Positions 22,579-31,189 of a stretch of DNA of 50,115 nt are shown in pieces (position 1 is the first letter of the stretch; every line of letters starts with the position of its first letter). This DNA is from a virus. The notes beneath the pieces were generated by a model that was not told the DNA's origin, ran no database searches, and saw nothing but the letters and a program-made list of their open reading frames with translations. Made by a program: the position numbers and the translations under genes. The stretch lies in the IMG/VR virus record IMGVR_UViG_3300045988_020086. One strand, 5' to 3'.

Positions 22579-22741
22579 CTTCAACATCTCCTTCCGGGCG
22601 CAGGTCTGCCCCGCACCCTCTCATGCAGCAGCCCACCATCAGTACGCCAAACTCGGCCCGCTCGGTGGCGGTGTCCGCTCCCATCGTTTCCAGCCTGTCC
22701 AGCAGGCTTTCGCAGAGAGCAGGCCAGCTTTTATGCTGCAT
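22568..22741 (-). CDS. Possible small protein (57 aa)
   Basis: ATG overlaps the XkdX-like stop; no recognisable motif. Confidence 0.3.
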   Translation of the reverse strand: MQHKSWPALCESLLDRLETMGADTATERAEFGVLMVGCCMRGCGADLRPEGDVEDGD

Positions 22742-22886
22742 ACGGTTCACCAACGATCTCCGCATACTCTTCGGCTGTGATCCAGCCCTTCTTGACGGAC
22801 TTTGCCACAGTAGCCTTGCTCCAAATACGGTGATCGTAGTAGCTTTTGACATCGTGGAACTTCTTGCTATGTTCAGTCATATTCAT
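22731..22886 (-). CDS. XkdX-family small protein (51 aa), absent from the ORF track
   Basis: Hand translation MNMTEHSKKFHDVKSYYDHRIWSKATVAKSVKKGWITAEEYAEIVGEPYAA matches the XkdX pattern (YY..LW....V...V.KGWIT.EEY.EITG). Confidence 0.7.
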   Translation of the reverse strand: MNMTEHSKKFHDVKSYYDHRIWSKATVAKSVKKGWITAEEYAEIVGEPYAA

Positions 22887-22887
22887 A

Positions 22888-23241
22888 TTACATATCCTCC
22901 AGGTCAATATCGCTGTTCATGGCGAGGTAATCAAGCTGTGCCCGTACCCGCATTTTGAACAGTTCATCTTCGGACAGTTCCCGCAGGATGAACCACCACT
23001 TGCCATCCGGGTTATCCTCGGGCGGGGTAATCTGCACAAGCTCCGCGTTGTGCAGGGTGTCCGAGTAGGCGCACCCGGTCATATCGCCGTCACTGGCAGA
23101 AATATGCACCTCCGATAAATTGCCGTCGAAAATATCCGCCGTGATCTCAGTCTCCGACTGGAAGTTATTGCCGCCCAGCGTCAGGTTTTCAATCAGTGTG
23201 CCATCAGCCAGCGCAACCGTCCATGTCCGTGTTTCTTCCAT
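22888..23241 (-). CDS. Hypothetical tail-fiber-associated protein (117 aa)
   Basis: GGAAGGAG RBS. Sits in the position equivalent to XkdW, ahead of XkdX. Confidence 0.55.
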   Translation of the reverse strand: MEETRTWTVALADGTLIENLTLGGNNFQSETEITADIFDGNLSEVHISASDGDMTGCAYSDTLHNAELVQITPPEDNPDGKWWFILRELSEDELFKMRVRAQLDYLAMNSDIDLEDM

Positions 23242-24443
23242 GTTGGCTCCTTCCCGAACAAGTCCTTAAACAAGTTCGTCATATTGTGAATTTGCTTCCT
23301 GCTCATGTACTTGTAATTGGCGCAAATCCATGATTTGTAAGAATTTTCGATTTCCTCATAGGTCATTACTCCGGCATCCATTTTCCGCTTGTACGCTTTG
23401 AGCTTCCGTCGTTCTCTCGTGATGGCTTTTGGGTTGATCTTTCGGATAATCCGCCCATCTTCCTGCAAAGAATAAAGCACTTGCAAGTGGCGATACTGGC
23501 CGGACAATTTACAGATGTGGGTTTTCTTTTCGTTGATGATGATTCCCAACTTTTCTGCCCACTGCCTGACCCCGGCCATTACCTCTTGCAAATGCTCTTT
23601 GCTTTTGTCGATGATGTAGAAATCGTCCGAATATCTTCCATAGCCCTTCACTGCGCACACGATCTTGACGTAGTTATCAATGGGCACCGGGAGAAATATT
23701 CCTGTATTTTGTGAAACTTGGTTGCCTATATCTGCGCCCTTCCGCAGCATTTTCTCGCCCGTCAGGGCGGATGATGGAACGCCAATATTGAGCGTTGAAC
23801 GCACCTTTTCATGGTACATTTTCTCGATTTCCTCATCTGCGAAACGGGAAACATCCAATTCAAAAGTGCGGAATGCCAACCGCAGTTTGTCCATAACATC
23901 CGCCAGTTCTTCCGGGTCTTTGATTTCCCGCGCAAGATACTGGCTGAACTGGGCCAATGCGACTTCATGCACAATGTTGTCGTAGTAGCCGGAGAAGTCC
24001 GAGAATCCGATGTAACCTTCATTCGTGCCCTCCCGCTCATAGTATTTTCGCAGCTGGATTTCAAAGCGATGCCGATGAAACGCAACACCTTTTCCAACCT
24101 GTGAAGACGAATTGTCGTACTGCAAATATTTTTGAAGCAGCGGTGTGAGGTATTCGTCGCAGGTAATGTGGTTCACCGCCTTGTCTGCGGTTGCTGCACT
24201 CGTGATATACCGTGCGTGACCTCTTTCCTTGATGCCAAATTTCAAGCCCGGCTCAGGCTTATATGTGCCGTCCTCCATGGCTTTCTGAATATGCGCAGTT
24301 TCGAGCAGATGATTTATCTCGTATAACTGCGTTTTATATTTGAACATCGACGCTTTCATTGCTTTGGTTCCTGCTTCATGGATATAATTTGCATCTGTGT
24401 ATTTACTCATATTTCCCTGAAATAAACTGTACAATAGCTCCAT
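23193..24443 (-). CDS. DGR reverse transcriptase
   Basis: RT motifs include the DGR-typical IGNQVSQ (I/LGxxxSQ) and YSDD (GRYSDDFYII). Lies immediately 3' of TR. Confidence 0.95.
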   Translation of the reverse strand: MELLYSLFQGNMSKYTDANYIHEAGTKAMKASMFKYKTQLYEINHLLETAHIQKAMEDGTYKPEPGLKFGIKERGHARYITSAATADKAVNHITCDEYLTPLLQKYLQYDNSSSQVGKGVAFHRHRFEIQLRKYYEREGTNEGYIGFSDFSGYYDNIVHEVALAQFSQYLAREIKDPEELADVMDKLRLAFRTFELDVSRFADEEIEKMYHEKVRSTLNIGVPSSALTGEKMLRKGADIGNQVSQNTGIFLPVPIDNYVKIVCAVKGYGRYSDDFYIIDKSKEHLQEVMAGVRQWAEKLGIIINEKKTHICKLSGQYRHLQVLYSLQEDGRIIRKINPKAITRERRKLKAYKRKMDAGVMTYEEIENSYKSWICANYKYMSRKQIHNMTNLFKDLFGKEPTWKKHGHGRLRWLMAH

Positions 24444-24560
24444 CGGTCGTAACCGGGAACGTCACAGTTAGTATTTATCGCAGATTTCCTACGAAAGGAT
24501 GACCTTTCCTTTCACAGAGCCGCACCGGGTCTTGCCCTTTGTGTGGTTGTGAAATCCAAA

Positions 24561-24660
24561 AGCCCGGCGACGGGGCGGACACCAGCCTCATTCGAGGCGT
24601 TGTTGTAGTTGCAATTCCCGTTGTTGTTCGCGTTGGCGAAATAGGCTGCCGAGACAACGT
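24561..24660 (-). repeat. DGR template repeat (TR)
   Basis: 100 nt homologous to VR1 and VR2. The coding strand is rich in AAC/AAT codons (NVVSAAYFANANNNGNCNYNNASNEAGVRPVAG). Confidence 0.95.
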
Positions 24661-24683
24661 ACAAAAGTCACCCTATTGTGTTG

Positions 24684-25070
24684 TTATTTTCCTTCCATCT
24701 GTTTGAAACGCTTTGCATCTGATTTCCGCAGAGCTTTAATTTTGTTCACCAGTTCCTCAATTTTCAGAGCCAGCTTTGTGAATTTGTTAAAATCTGCGGG
24801 CAATGTTTCCGCAACATATTGCAGCTCATCCATCAGCATCCAGCAGGCGGCAATGGCCTTGTCGAGTTCCAGCCGTCGCGCGTCCAATTCCAGCTGGCAG
24901 CTCGGCCAGATGGAGTTTGCCGCACGGAGGTGGAGCGGAATGTCGCGGGAAAGATCGTGCATCCGCTTCCGCTCCTGCTCGATCAGCCAAAGGTTGAAGT
25001 CTTGCTCCTGCTCCCGGATTTGTGCGACTGCCTTTTCTCGCTCCGGGCCTGCAGGGATGTACTTCGTCAT
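24684..25070 (-). CDS. Avd-like DGR accessory protein (128 aa, helical)
   Basis: Called on size, predicted helical character and its position between VR1 and TR (the mtd-avd-TR-rt order of BPP-1). Confidence 0.65.
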   Translation of the reverse strand: MTKYIPAGPEREKAVAQIREQEQDFNLWLIEQERKRMHDLSRDIPLHLRAANSIWPSCQLELDARRLELDKAIAACWMLMDELQYVAETLPADFNKFTKLALKIEELVNKIKALRKSDAKRFKQMEGK

Positions 25071-25238
25071 GGCTTCGAGGTGTTTTTCAAACTTTGTCCT
25101 GCTATACCCAAAGGTGCGGGCAAGTTCCGTCGTAACCTCTTTGCTGATCTCAAGCGCAAGGTGGTGCGCTTCCAGTCTGGAAGGTGTTCGTTTGTGTACT
25201 GGTACAGACGTTTTCTTTCACTTCCTGTCCTGCTCTCA

Positions 25239-25263
25239 ATCCCACGGTACAAGCCCGTGGGAT
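25239..25263 (-). promoter_or_regulatory. Hairpin downstream of VR1 (DGR target-recognition element candidate)
   Basis: ATCCCACGG-7 nt-CCGTGGGAT, 21 nt 3' of the GC-rich VR end. Confidence 0.6.
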
Positions 25264-25269
25264 GTTCGA

Positions 25270-26598
25270 TCAGCCGATCAGCCCGGCGACGGGGCGGACA
25301 CCAGCCTCATACGAGGCGTAGTAGTAGTAGCAACGCCCGCCGCCGCCCGCGTCGGCGAAATAGGCTGCCGAGACAACGTCTCGCAGCCAGCACCAATAAC
25401 TACTGGTGAAGCTCAACCACGGTGCCAGCCGGAACAACGGCAGTTGGGATTTGGAGATCGTGTAGTTGTTCGGGATGTTGGTGCCGTCAGAAGCGGGTGC
25501 AAAAATGTGGCTGCCATACATCATGTTCTCATTGGGAAGTTCCACCGTGCTGTCGTACCAGGTACCGCCGGACGGTCTGCCGTTGGACACGGCGTTCGTC
25601 AGATGCTCACGGTGGTTCAGGATATGGGCAGAGCCAAATGCAGCATTGAAGGTTGTTTTTGCCTGCGTCAGGCCATTCTTGTACATATCGCTGCCGACAT
25701 AGCCGCCCTCGGTCGTGTTGCTGGCGTTCATGTGGTAGGTATACAGGTGGTTGCGAGGGATGATGACAACATGGTGCGTGGTGCAGGCTGTGTCGCCGCA
25801 CTGATACCAGTAGTCAAAGCCAGCAACGAGGTAGTCTACGCCGCCGATCTGCCAGTAATCGCCGAGGTAAATGTCCTTGAACGTACCAGCTTTGATAGCC
25901 GCGGCCTGCTCTGCGGTCAGGCTGCTGCCAAGGTTCTTGCCGCGATAGATCATGTTGTGAGTGGCAGCATTGTCCATGATGCTGACAGTCTCACCGCCGC
26001 CGGGCATAACCAGCGGGCCAGTCAGCGTACCGCCGGACAGAGGCAGGTAGGTTTCCTGTGTTTCCTTTTGCAAATCCTCTTTGGCTTTGTCGATTTTGGT
26101 ATTGACCTGTGCGATCTGCTGGTTCACCATCTTCACGGACGCAACAGCGTTCGGGTCAACGGTCACGCTGATGTTGGCAAGGTTCGAGATTGCCATAATT
26201 CCGTACAATTCGATGGAAAAATCGCTGTTCTCCGTGTGGGACGGAATCTCCACGCCGCGGTCGTCCTGCATAATAATCAGCAGGGTTTCCTCGCCGTCTG
26301 CCAGCTTCGCATAGATACCGACCTGATGCAGGATGTACCCGGTTTCCAGATCGCCATTGGTGATCTGGATTTTGATGCGCTTGCCCACGTCGTCGTCGCT
26401 GCTGTCGGTTGCATCCTCGATGCCAAGGATTTTAAGGGTCTGCTTCTGCTCTTTCACGTCGGTCAGAGCTGCCAGCGATTCCGCCGCCGTGGTGCCAGAG
26501 CCGCCCACGGCTTTGGTGATCGTCATAGTCGCGCCGGAAAGCACTTCGGACATCATTTTCGTGCCGACGTTGGTGTACAGACTGTTGTTCCAACTCAT
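25270..26598 (-). CDS. Tail fiber / receptor-binding protein with DGR-diversified C-terminus
   Basis: Follows gpI. C-terminus WCWLRDVVSAAYFADAGGGGRCYYYYASYEAGVRPVAGLIG contains VR1. Confidence 0.9.
   Translation of the reverse strand: MSWNNSLYTNVGTKMMSEVLSGATMTITKAVGGSGTTAAESLAALTDVKEQKQTLKILGIEDATDSSDDDVGKRIKIQITNGDLETGYILHQVGIYAKLADGEETLLIIMQDDRGVEIPSHTENSDFSIELYGIMAISNLANISVTVDPNAVASVKMVNQQIAQVNTKIDKAKEDLQKETQETYLPLSGGTLTGPLVMPGGGETVSIMDNAATHNMIYRGKNLGSSLTAEQAAAIKAGTFKDIYLGDYWQIGGVDYLVAGFDYWYQCGDTACTTHHVVIIPRNHLYTYHMNASNTTEGGYVGSDMYKNGLTQAKTTFNAAFGSAHILNHREHLTNAVSNGRPSGGTWYDSTVELPNENMMYGSHIFAPASDGTNIPNNYTISKSQLPLFRLAPWLSFTSSYWCWLRDVVSAAYFADAGGGGRCYYYYASYEAGVRPVAGLIG
25280..25379 (-). repeat. 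DGR variable repeat 1 (VR1)
   Basis: 100 nt align to TR. All 13 mismatches fall at TR adenines. Confidence 0.95.
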
Positions 26599-27452
26599 GT
26601 GTTCATACCTCCAATTTTGATTTCAATCTGCTGTCGATATGCCGCCACGCCCACCGGGTCGGTTGCTGTTACCGTATGGTCTGCCGGGCGAATATCGCCC
26701 TTGATGCGGGCTGCCATCTGCATACGGTACGCAGCACAGCCCACCGGGGCGTATGTGGTGGCTTTGTGATCTTTCGGCCGCAGAGTGCCAGCGATGCGGG
26801 CGGCTTCCTGCTGCCGGATGCCCCACAGCCCAGCTTTCGCATAGGTGGTGGAAAGCAGCTCGCGGGGGCGCAGCTTGCCCACGATGGGCACGGCCACGCG
26901 CTGGGCCGTGCCGTGGTAGCCAGCTCCGACGTAGGCTGTGGTCGTATCGTTGAAGATCAGGTAGCTGATTCCTTCCAGGTGCGCCGTACAGCGGCGGGCA
27001 TATCCCAGCAGGTCTTCCATTCTCTTGATGGTGTAGTAGGAGATGTCGGCGTTCTCCGTGATGTTGACACGAAGCCGCCAGTGTCCTGGCGTTCCGCCGT
27101 AGTCGTACCACTCCATGATCTCCGAGTTGGGGTAGATTGCTGAGATTGCCTGCTTCACCGCCCATTCAGTTCCGCAGTACCGCCGCACCTCCATGGCCGT
27201 CTTGATTACCCGGCGTTTTGTTTCCACCGGGTAATCATCCCGATACCAGTCCACCTTGAACTGAACCGCCAGAACATCCAGCAGGTCTTCCGGCAAAGAA
27301 TCTATTGCGGTGTAGACGTGGATGCGCTCGATGACTTTCAGTTCTTTTTTCAGCCGCTCCCGATATACTGCGTCAACGACCTTAACCCAGTGCTGCTCTG
27401 CAATGCCGGGCGGCAGACCTTCCAAAAGGCCGGTATCACCGATCTTAATCAT
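26595..27452 (-). CDS. Tail protein I (P2 gpI-like) with C-terminal tandem repeats
   Basis: LPEDLLDVLAVQFKVDWY..ETKRRVIK..RYCGTEWAV pattern. The C-terminus has about 3.5 repeats of roughly 30 aa. Confidence 0.8.
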   Translation of the reverse strand: MIKIGDTGLLEGLPPGIAEQHWVKVVDAVYRERLKKELKVIERIHVYTAIDSLPEDLLDVLAVQFKVDWYRDDYPVETKRRVIKTAMEVRRYCGTEWAVKQAISAIYPNSEIMEWYDYGGTPGHWRLRVNITENADISYYTIKRMEDLLGYARRCTAHLEGISYLIFNDTTTAYVGAGYHGTAQRVAVPIVGKLRPRELLSTTYAKAGLWGIRQQEAARIAGTLRPKDHKATTYAPVGCAAYRMQMAARIKGDIRPADHTVTATDPVGVAAYRQQIEIKIGGMNT

Positions 27453-28593
27453 CTTCGATACCTCCGTAGGTGATTTTGCACTCCGTCACCTTCGACACCT
27501 GGATTTTGGACACTACGGTATCAACCGGGGCAGTCAGCCGCGGGCGTTTCGCCCCGGCCTCCCGCACCCGCATGATGAGTTCCGCCGGGTCGATGTCCAA
27601 GCCGATTTTTCTTTGCCAGGTCTTATATTCCTCCACGGCTTTCTCTACGTTCTTCTGGATCAGTCCTGCATTTTTGACATTGCTGGATGCGATGTAATAG
27701 GTCAGGTTGATGCTGTACGGCACTTCCTCCGGGGGAACGCCGACCACAAGATCACCCATCGGCTTCTTTATGTCTGCAAAGTAGCGTTCCAGCTCTCGGC
27801 ATTCTTCCTCCGTCGGAAGCCGGCCGTCTTTCAGCAGGAAATAGATATAGACCGTGTACCCATCCTCGCAGATAGGCTTTGCGGCGGTGACGTCGCTGCG
27901 CCAGCTTCGGGCAAAGTATTCATACAGATCGACCGGGCCAGCCACGGACACATTGGACGGCGCAATGTAGGCACGTTCTGTCAGGGAATCGTCGTCCTCT
28001 TTTCCCACGCCGCCGCTGGTTACGGAGGTATTCTCCACCGATGCCACATACGGGATCGGGTCAACCAGCACGTTGATCTCGCCAATGGCAATTCCCGTGC
28101 TGTCTGCGCCGGCATCTACCGCCACCGCCGGAACATCCACGGTCAACTTACCAGCCGGAATCTCCGCATACTCGCTCGTGATGAAATACCGTTTGTCTGC
28201 CGTCCGGGTTTGCGTTCCTTCCGGGATGATCGTTGCACTCGTCCGGGCAGCGGCCAGCGTGAACCGCAACACCGTGGTGGCATATCCAGCCTGCAGGCGT
28301 TCCGTTCCCACGAAAGGAACGAGGTTGTCCAGGTTTGCCCCGGTGCTTGTGGGCAGAAGTTCCGCTTTCAGAGCGTTCGTGGCATACTCGATTGTGTGAT
28401 GGGATCGGTGCGCCAGTGTAAGCAGGACAAGCCGCGCCTCATTGCACCGTGCCAACGGGGTGCTTTCTGTTCCGTCAAGCTCCTTATCGAACTTCGCATA
28501 CAGAGCCTTGCAGTCTTCAATGGCTTCTTCCAGCGTTTCAGCACCTTCAACTTCAATGTCGGGGAGATTTTCAAAAGCCTTGATCTTAGACAA
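27445..28593 (-). CDS. Baseplate protein J
   Basis: Called on size, position and Baseplate_J-like sequence pattern. Confidence 0.85.
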   Translation of the reverse strand: MSKIKAFENLPDIEVEGAETLEEAIEDCKALYAKFDKELDGTESTPLARCNEARLVLLTLAHRSHHTIEYATNALKAELLPTSTGANLDNLVPFVGTERLQAGYATTVLRFTLAAARTSATIIPEGTQTRTADKRYFITSEYAEIPAGKLTVDVPAVAVDAGADSTGIAIGEINVLVDPIPYVASVENTSVTSGGVGKEDDDSLTERAYIAPSNVSVAGPVDLYEYFARSWRSDVTAAKPICEDGYTVYIYFLLKDGRLPTEEECRELERYFADIKKPMGDLVVGVPPEEVPYSINLTYYIASSNVKNAGLIQKNVEKAVEEYKTWQRKIGLDIDPAELIMRVREAGAKRPRLTAPVDTVVSKIQVSKVTECKITYGGIEDD

Positions 28594-28903
28594 GTTCGTA
28601 CACCACCTTCGGGATCACTTCGCCGCGGACGACGTCGCTTTCCTGCCAGTCAACCCGCACCACCCGTGCCCGCGGCTCAAACTCTGCCGTCTTCTCGGTC
28701 ACTTCCCGGACATACAGAGCCTTTGCCACTTCGATGGGCTTATCAAGAAAAACGCCCTGGTCGATACCAAGGCTGCGGTCACCCTCCTGGCTTCCAAGAG
28801 GGGTGGAGTACAGTGTGCGCAGGCACCGCGCAACATCCTGTATTTCCTCCTGCGTTGCGCTGTCTTCGGACAGGGCAAGCATCGTGTTGCTGATGTCGAT
28901 CAT
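28586..28903 (-). CDS. Baseplate protein W (gp25-like)
   Basis: LRTLYSTPLGSQEGDRSLGID pattern; ATGA overlap at the start. Confidence 0.8.
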   Translation of the reverse strand: MIDISNTMLALSEDSATQEEIQDVARCLRTLYSTPLGSQEGDRSLGIDQGVFLDKPIEVAKALYVREVTEKTAEFEPRARVVRVDWQESDVVRGEVIPKVVYELV

Positions 28904-29292
28904 ACATACTCCTTTATTGTCAGGCTCACCTTGCACTGTACCAGCAGGCCGTGTTTTATCACGGCATCCCAGCTTTCACTTACATCGGTGATTCTGAATC
29001 GGTTTTCTGACAGCGGGGCAAAGCCGATGATGAAGTAGTGAACCTCACCGTCTTCCGCCATCTGCGTCAAGCGTTTCAGCATCTTGCGCGGATTCACGCC
29101 ATGGGCGGCATCCAGCAGAATATCGCAGGTGTACTCCTTGAGCTTCGGGCCGACGTACTCCGGCTTCGCCTTGCCGTTGATGACCTTATGCTCAACCCAC
29201 TCTGCGCCGGTTCTACCCTTGAAGTTGGAGAGGGTCAGCGTCCGCAGGTGCCCCACGGAGAAAATCACATCTCCGAAAATGCCAACATACAT
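28900..29292 (-). CDS. Tail protein, P2 gpU-like
   Basis: 130 aa; sequence pattern similar to the GpU family (recollection). Confidence 0.55.
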   Translation of the reverse strand: MYVGIFGDVIFSVGHLRTLTLSNFKGRTGAEWVEHKVINGKAKPEYVGPKLKEYTCDILLDAAHGVNPRKMLKRLTQMAEDGEVHYFIIGFAPLSENRFRITDVSESWDAVIKHGLLVQCKVSLTIKEYV

Positions 29293-29304
29293 TTCCGCGC
29301 CTCC

Positions 29305-29910
29305 TTACGTCGGTGGGCTGGTCTGATTGCCCAGGTTGCCCGTGTGCGTGTGGTTCACCAAAGACTTGCCAGACACTACCACGTCGCCACCGCCGCCGGT
29401 GATGTTCACCGTTCCGGCACTGGCCGTGATCGTGCTGGCGGACAGTTCCAGCGTTCCGGCAGCCTTGATGGTGATTCCCGCCGGGGAGTTTACCGTCACG
29501 GCTCCGCTTTCGCTGATCGTAACGGTTGCGCCGCCCACCTTGATTTCCAGGCTCTTTGCTTCGAGAATGTGCTTCCCGTCCACATGGTCCGTCAGTTCTT
29601 TTGCGTTTGCATCAAACTTTCGGTATGCTTGTCCATCCTTGTTGGAGAACTCCTTGCGGTAGATGCCCTTCTTGCCCTCCGCCGGTTTGATTTTCTCGTT
29701 CCAGATCGTGCCCACCACCACCGCATCTTCCGGGCTATCCCCGGGGTGCAGCACAAGCACCATATCTTCCACTTCCGGCGTTCGATACTCCCGGTTGGAG
29801 AGAAACGGCACCATCTCGGTCACGGTATCGTCACGATCCGGGTAGTGAATCTCGCAAAGGCCGTTTTCGTAGTCGATGGAACTCACATAGCCCACTCTAA
29901 CTTCGCTCAT
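29305..29910 (-). CDS. Baseplate spike / assembly protein V
   Basis: N-terminal OB-like VGYVSSIDYENGLCEIHY...VLVLHPGD; C-terminal beta-helical repeats. Confidence 0.85.
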   Translation of the reverse strand: MSEVRVGYVSSIDYENGLCEIHYPDRDDTVTEMVPFLSNREYRTPEVEDMVLVLHPGDSPEDAVVVGTIWNEKIKPAEGKKGIYRKEFSNKDGQAYRKFDANAKELTDHVDGKHILEAKSLEIKVGGATVTISESGAVTVNSPAGITIKAAGTLELSASTITASAGTVNITGGGGDVVVSGKSLVNHTHTGNLGNQTSPPT

Positions 29911-30977
29911 GCAAATTCCTCCTGTTCCACCTTGCTGGCCTTGACCTGGGTTTTATATCCGCCGGATGGCGAATAGCTATGTTCCATCTCGTCAATGAAG
30001 TATTTCCCGGCCATTTTCCCGAAGCCCACCACGTTGATGCACTGCGCCGATGCTCCCACCGGGTAGCCCGGAATCGTGAAGCTGATGGTCGTTGCGCCGT
30101 GGTTGGCGTTTTTGAGCTTGGCGATCAGCCGGGCTTTTGCGTCTGCCTCACTGCTCACCTTGCCGGAAAGTTTCAGCTGCCGTTCCTCGGTGCCCACCTT
30201 GACGTTGATATTGATTTTCTTGGTCTTGTTGGTATAGGTGTACACGCCGCCGGTGTAGGTGCCCGTCAACTTGGTACTCCACTTGAAGCTGCCCCGCTCC
30301 ACGCACAGCGCGGTCGGATTCCCGGGCGGAGCCGCCTCGTATACCGTCCAGACCGCATCCTTCGCTTTGTACTTCTCCCGGTCATAGACCCACAGCTTTG
30401 CAGCGTAGACCTTGATAACCAGGGCGTAGGTGTCGCAGAGGTCCTGCAGGAATGAACTGTCGGTGGCATCCTGTTCCTTGGCGTCAATGTCGTGGTCGTC
30501 GCCGTCGAACTCAAAATCCAGCCCGTACCGCCCGGCAATGGTTTCCGCAATTTTCTTCACGCTGGTCTTTTTCCAGGTGAAGGTGCGGTTCCGTTCACTG
30601 AAACTGGTATCGTTCGGCTTTGCCACGCCGCCCATTGTCAGGGTGTCCGGGGTGCTGGAAAAGCTCATGTCGTCCAGCACAAATGCGCCGCATTCGGCAC
30701 TGTAATCCCGGTAGCCGCTGCTCACCCCTCCAATGTTCCAGTCCTTGACTACGATGGTCGGGTAGAGTTTCACGCCCTTTTCCGGCATCCAGTCATTCTT
30801 CCACTTGTCGGCTTTGGCATTCACCGTAATACTCACGCTGTCGCTCTGCGATGCTGCGGCATCTGTATACCGAAAACTTTCAATGTCAGGTGCGATCTCT
30901 GCCGAAACGTCTTTGTTTTCATATTTCAGCAGGATCGTTGCCTGACGGCCTTTGGGTCTCGCTATTGCAAACACCAT
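29907..30977 (-). CDS. Late control protein D-like baseplate hub
   Basis: gpD-family pattern (..SQSDSVSITV..LYPTIVV..FVLDDMSF..IAETIAGRYGL). Confidence 0.8.
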   Translation of the reverse strand: MVFAIARPKGRQATILLKYENKDVSAEIAPDIESFRYTDAAASQSDSVSITVNAKADKWKNDWMPEKGVKLYPTIVVKDWNIGGVSSGYRDYSAECGAFVLDDMSFSSTPDTLTMGGVAKPNDTSFSERNRTFTWKKTSVKKIAETIAGRYGLDFEFDGDDHDIDAKEQDATDSSFLQDLCDTYALVIKVYAAKLWVYDREKYKAKDAVWTVYEAAPPGNPTALCVERGSFKWSTKLTGTYTGGVYTYTNKTKKININVKVGTEERQLKLSGKVSSEADAKARLIAKLKNANHGATTISFTIPGYPVGASAQCINVVGFGKMAGKYFIDEMEHSYSPSGGYKTQVKASKVEQEEFA

Positions 30978-30979
30978 GC

Positions 30980-31189
30980 TTATGCCCCCGCTTTCCACGG
31001 CGGCAGGGTGCCGCTCTTTTCAGCCGGGAGAGTCGGTGTTGACAACACCAGCCCGGAATCGAACCGGGTAAATTCGATATACTCAGGATTGGCCTGCATC
31101 AGCCAGTCAGCTTTCAACTCGCTGCCGTACACGTTGTAGGCGATTTGGTCCCAGGTGTCACCAGACTTCGTTGTGTACTCAAGTGCCAT
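30980..31189 (-). CDS. Tail protein X (LysM-like)
   Basis: YTTKSGDTWDQIAYNVYG...ANP pattern. Confidence 0.75.
   Translation of the reverse strand: MALEYTTKSGDTWDQIAYNVYGSELKADWLMQANPEYIEFTRFDSGLVLSTPTLPAEKSGTLPPWKAGA

Noticed and set aside
25067-25252. 61-aa basic ORF between VR1 and avd, considered as a confident gene.
   Set aside because: It has a TTG start inside the VR1 hairpin loop and overlaps another open frame, and codon bias is not discriminating. It is reported as an open question rather than a feature.
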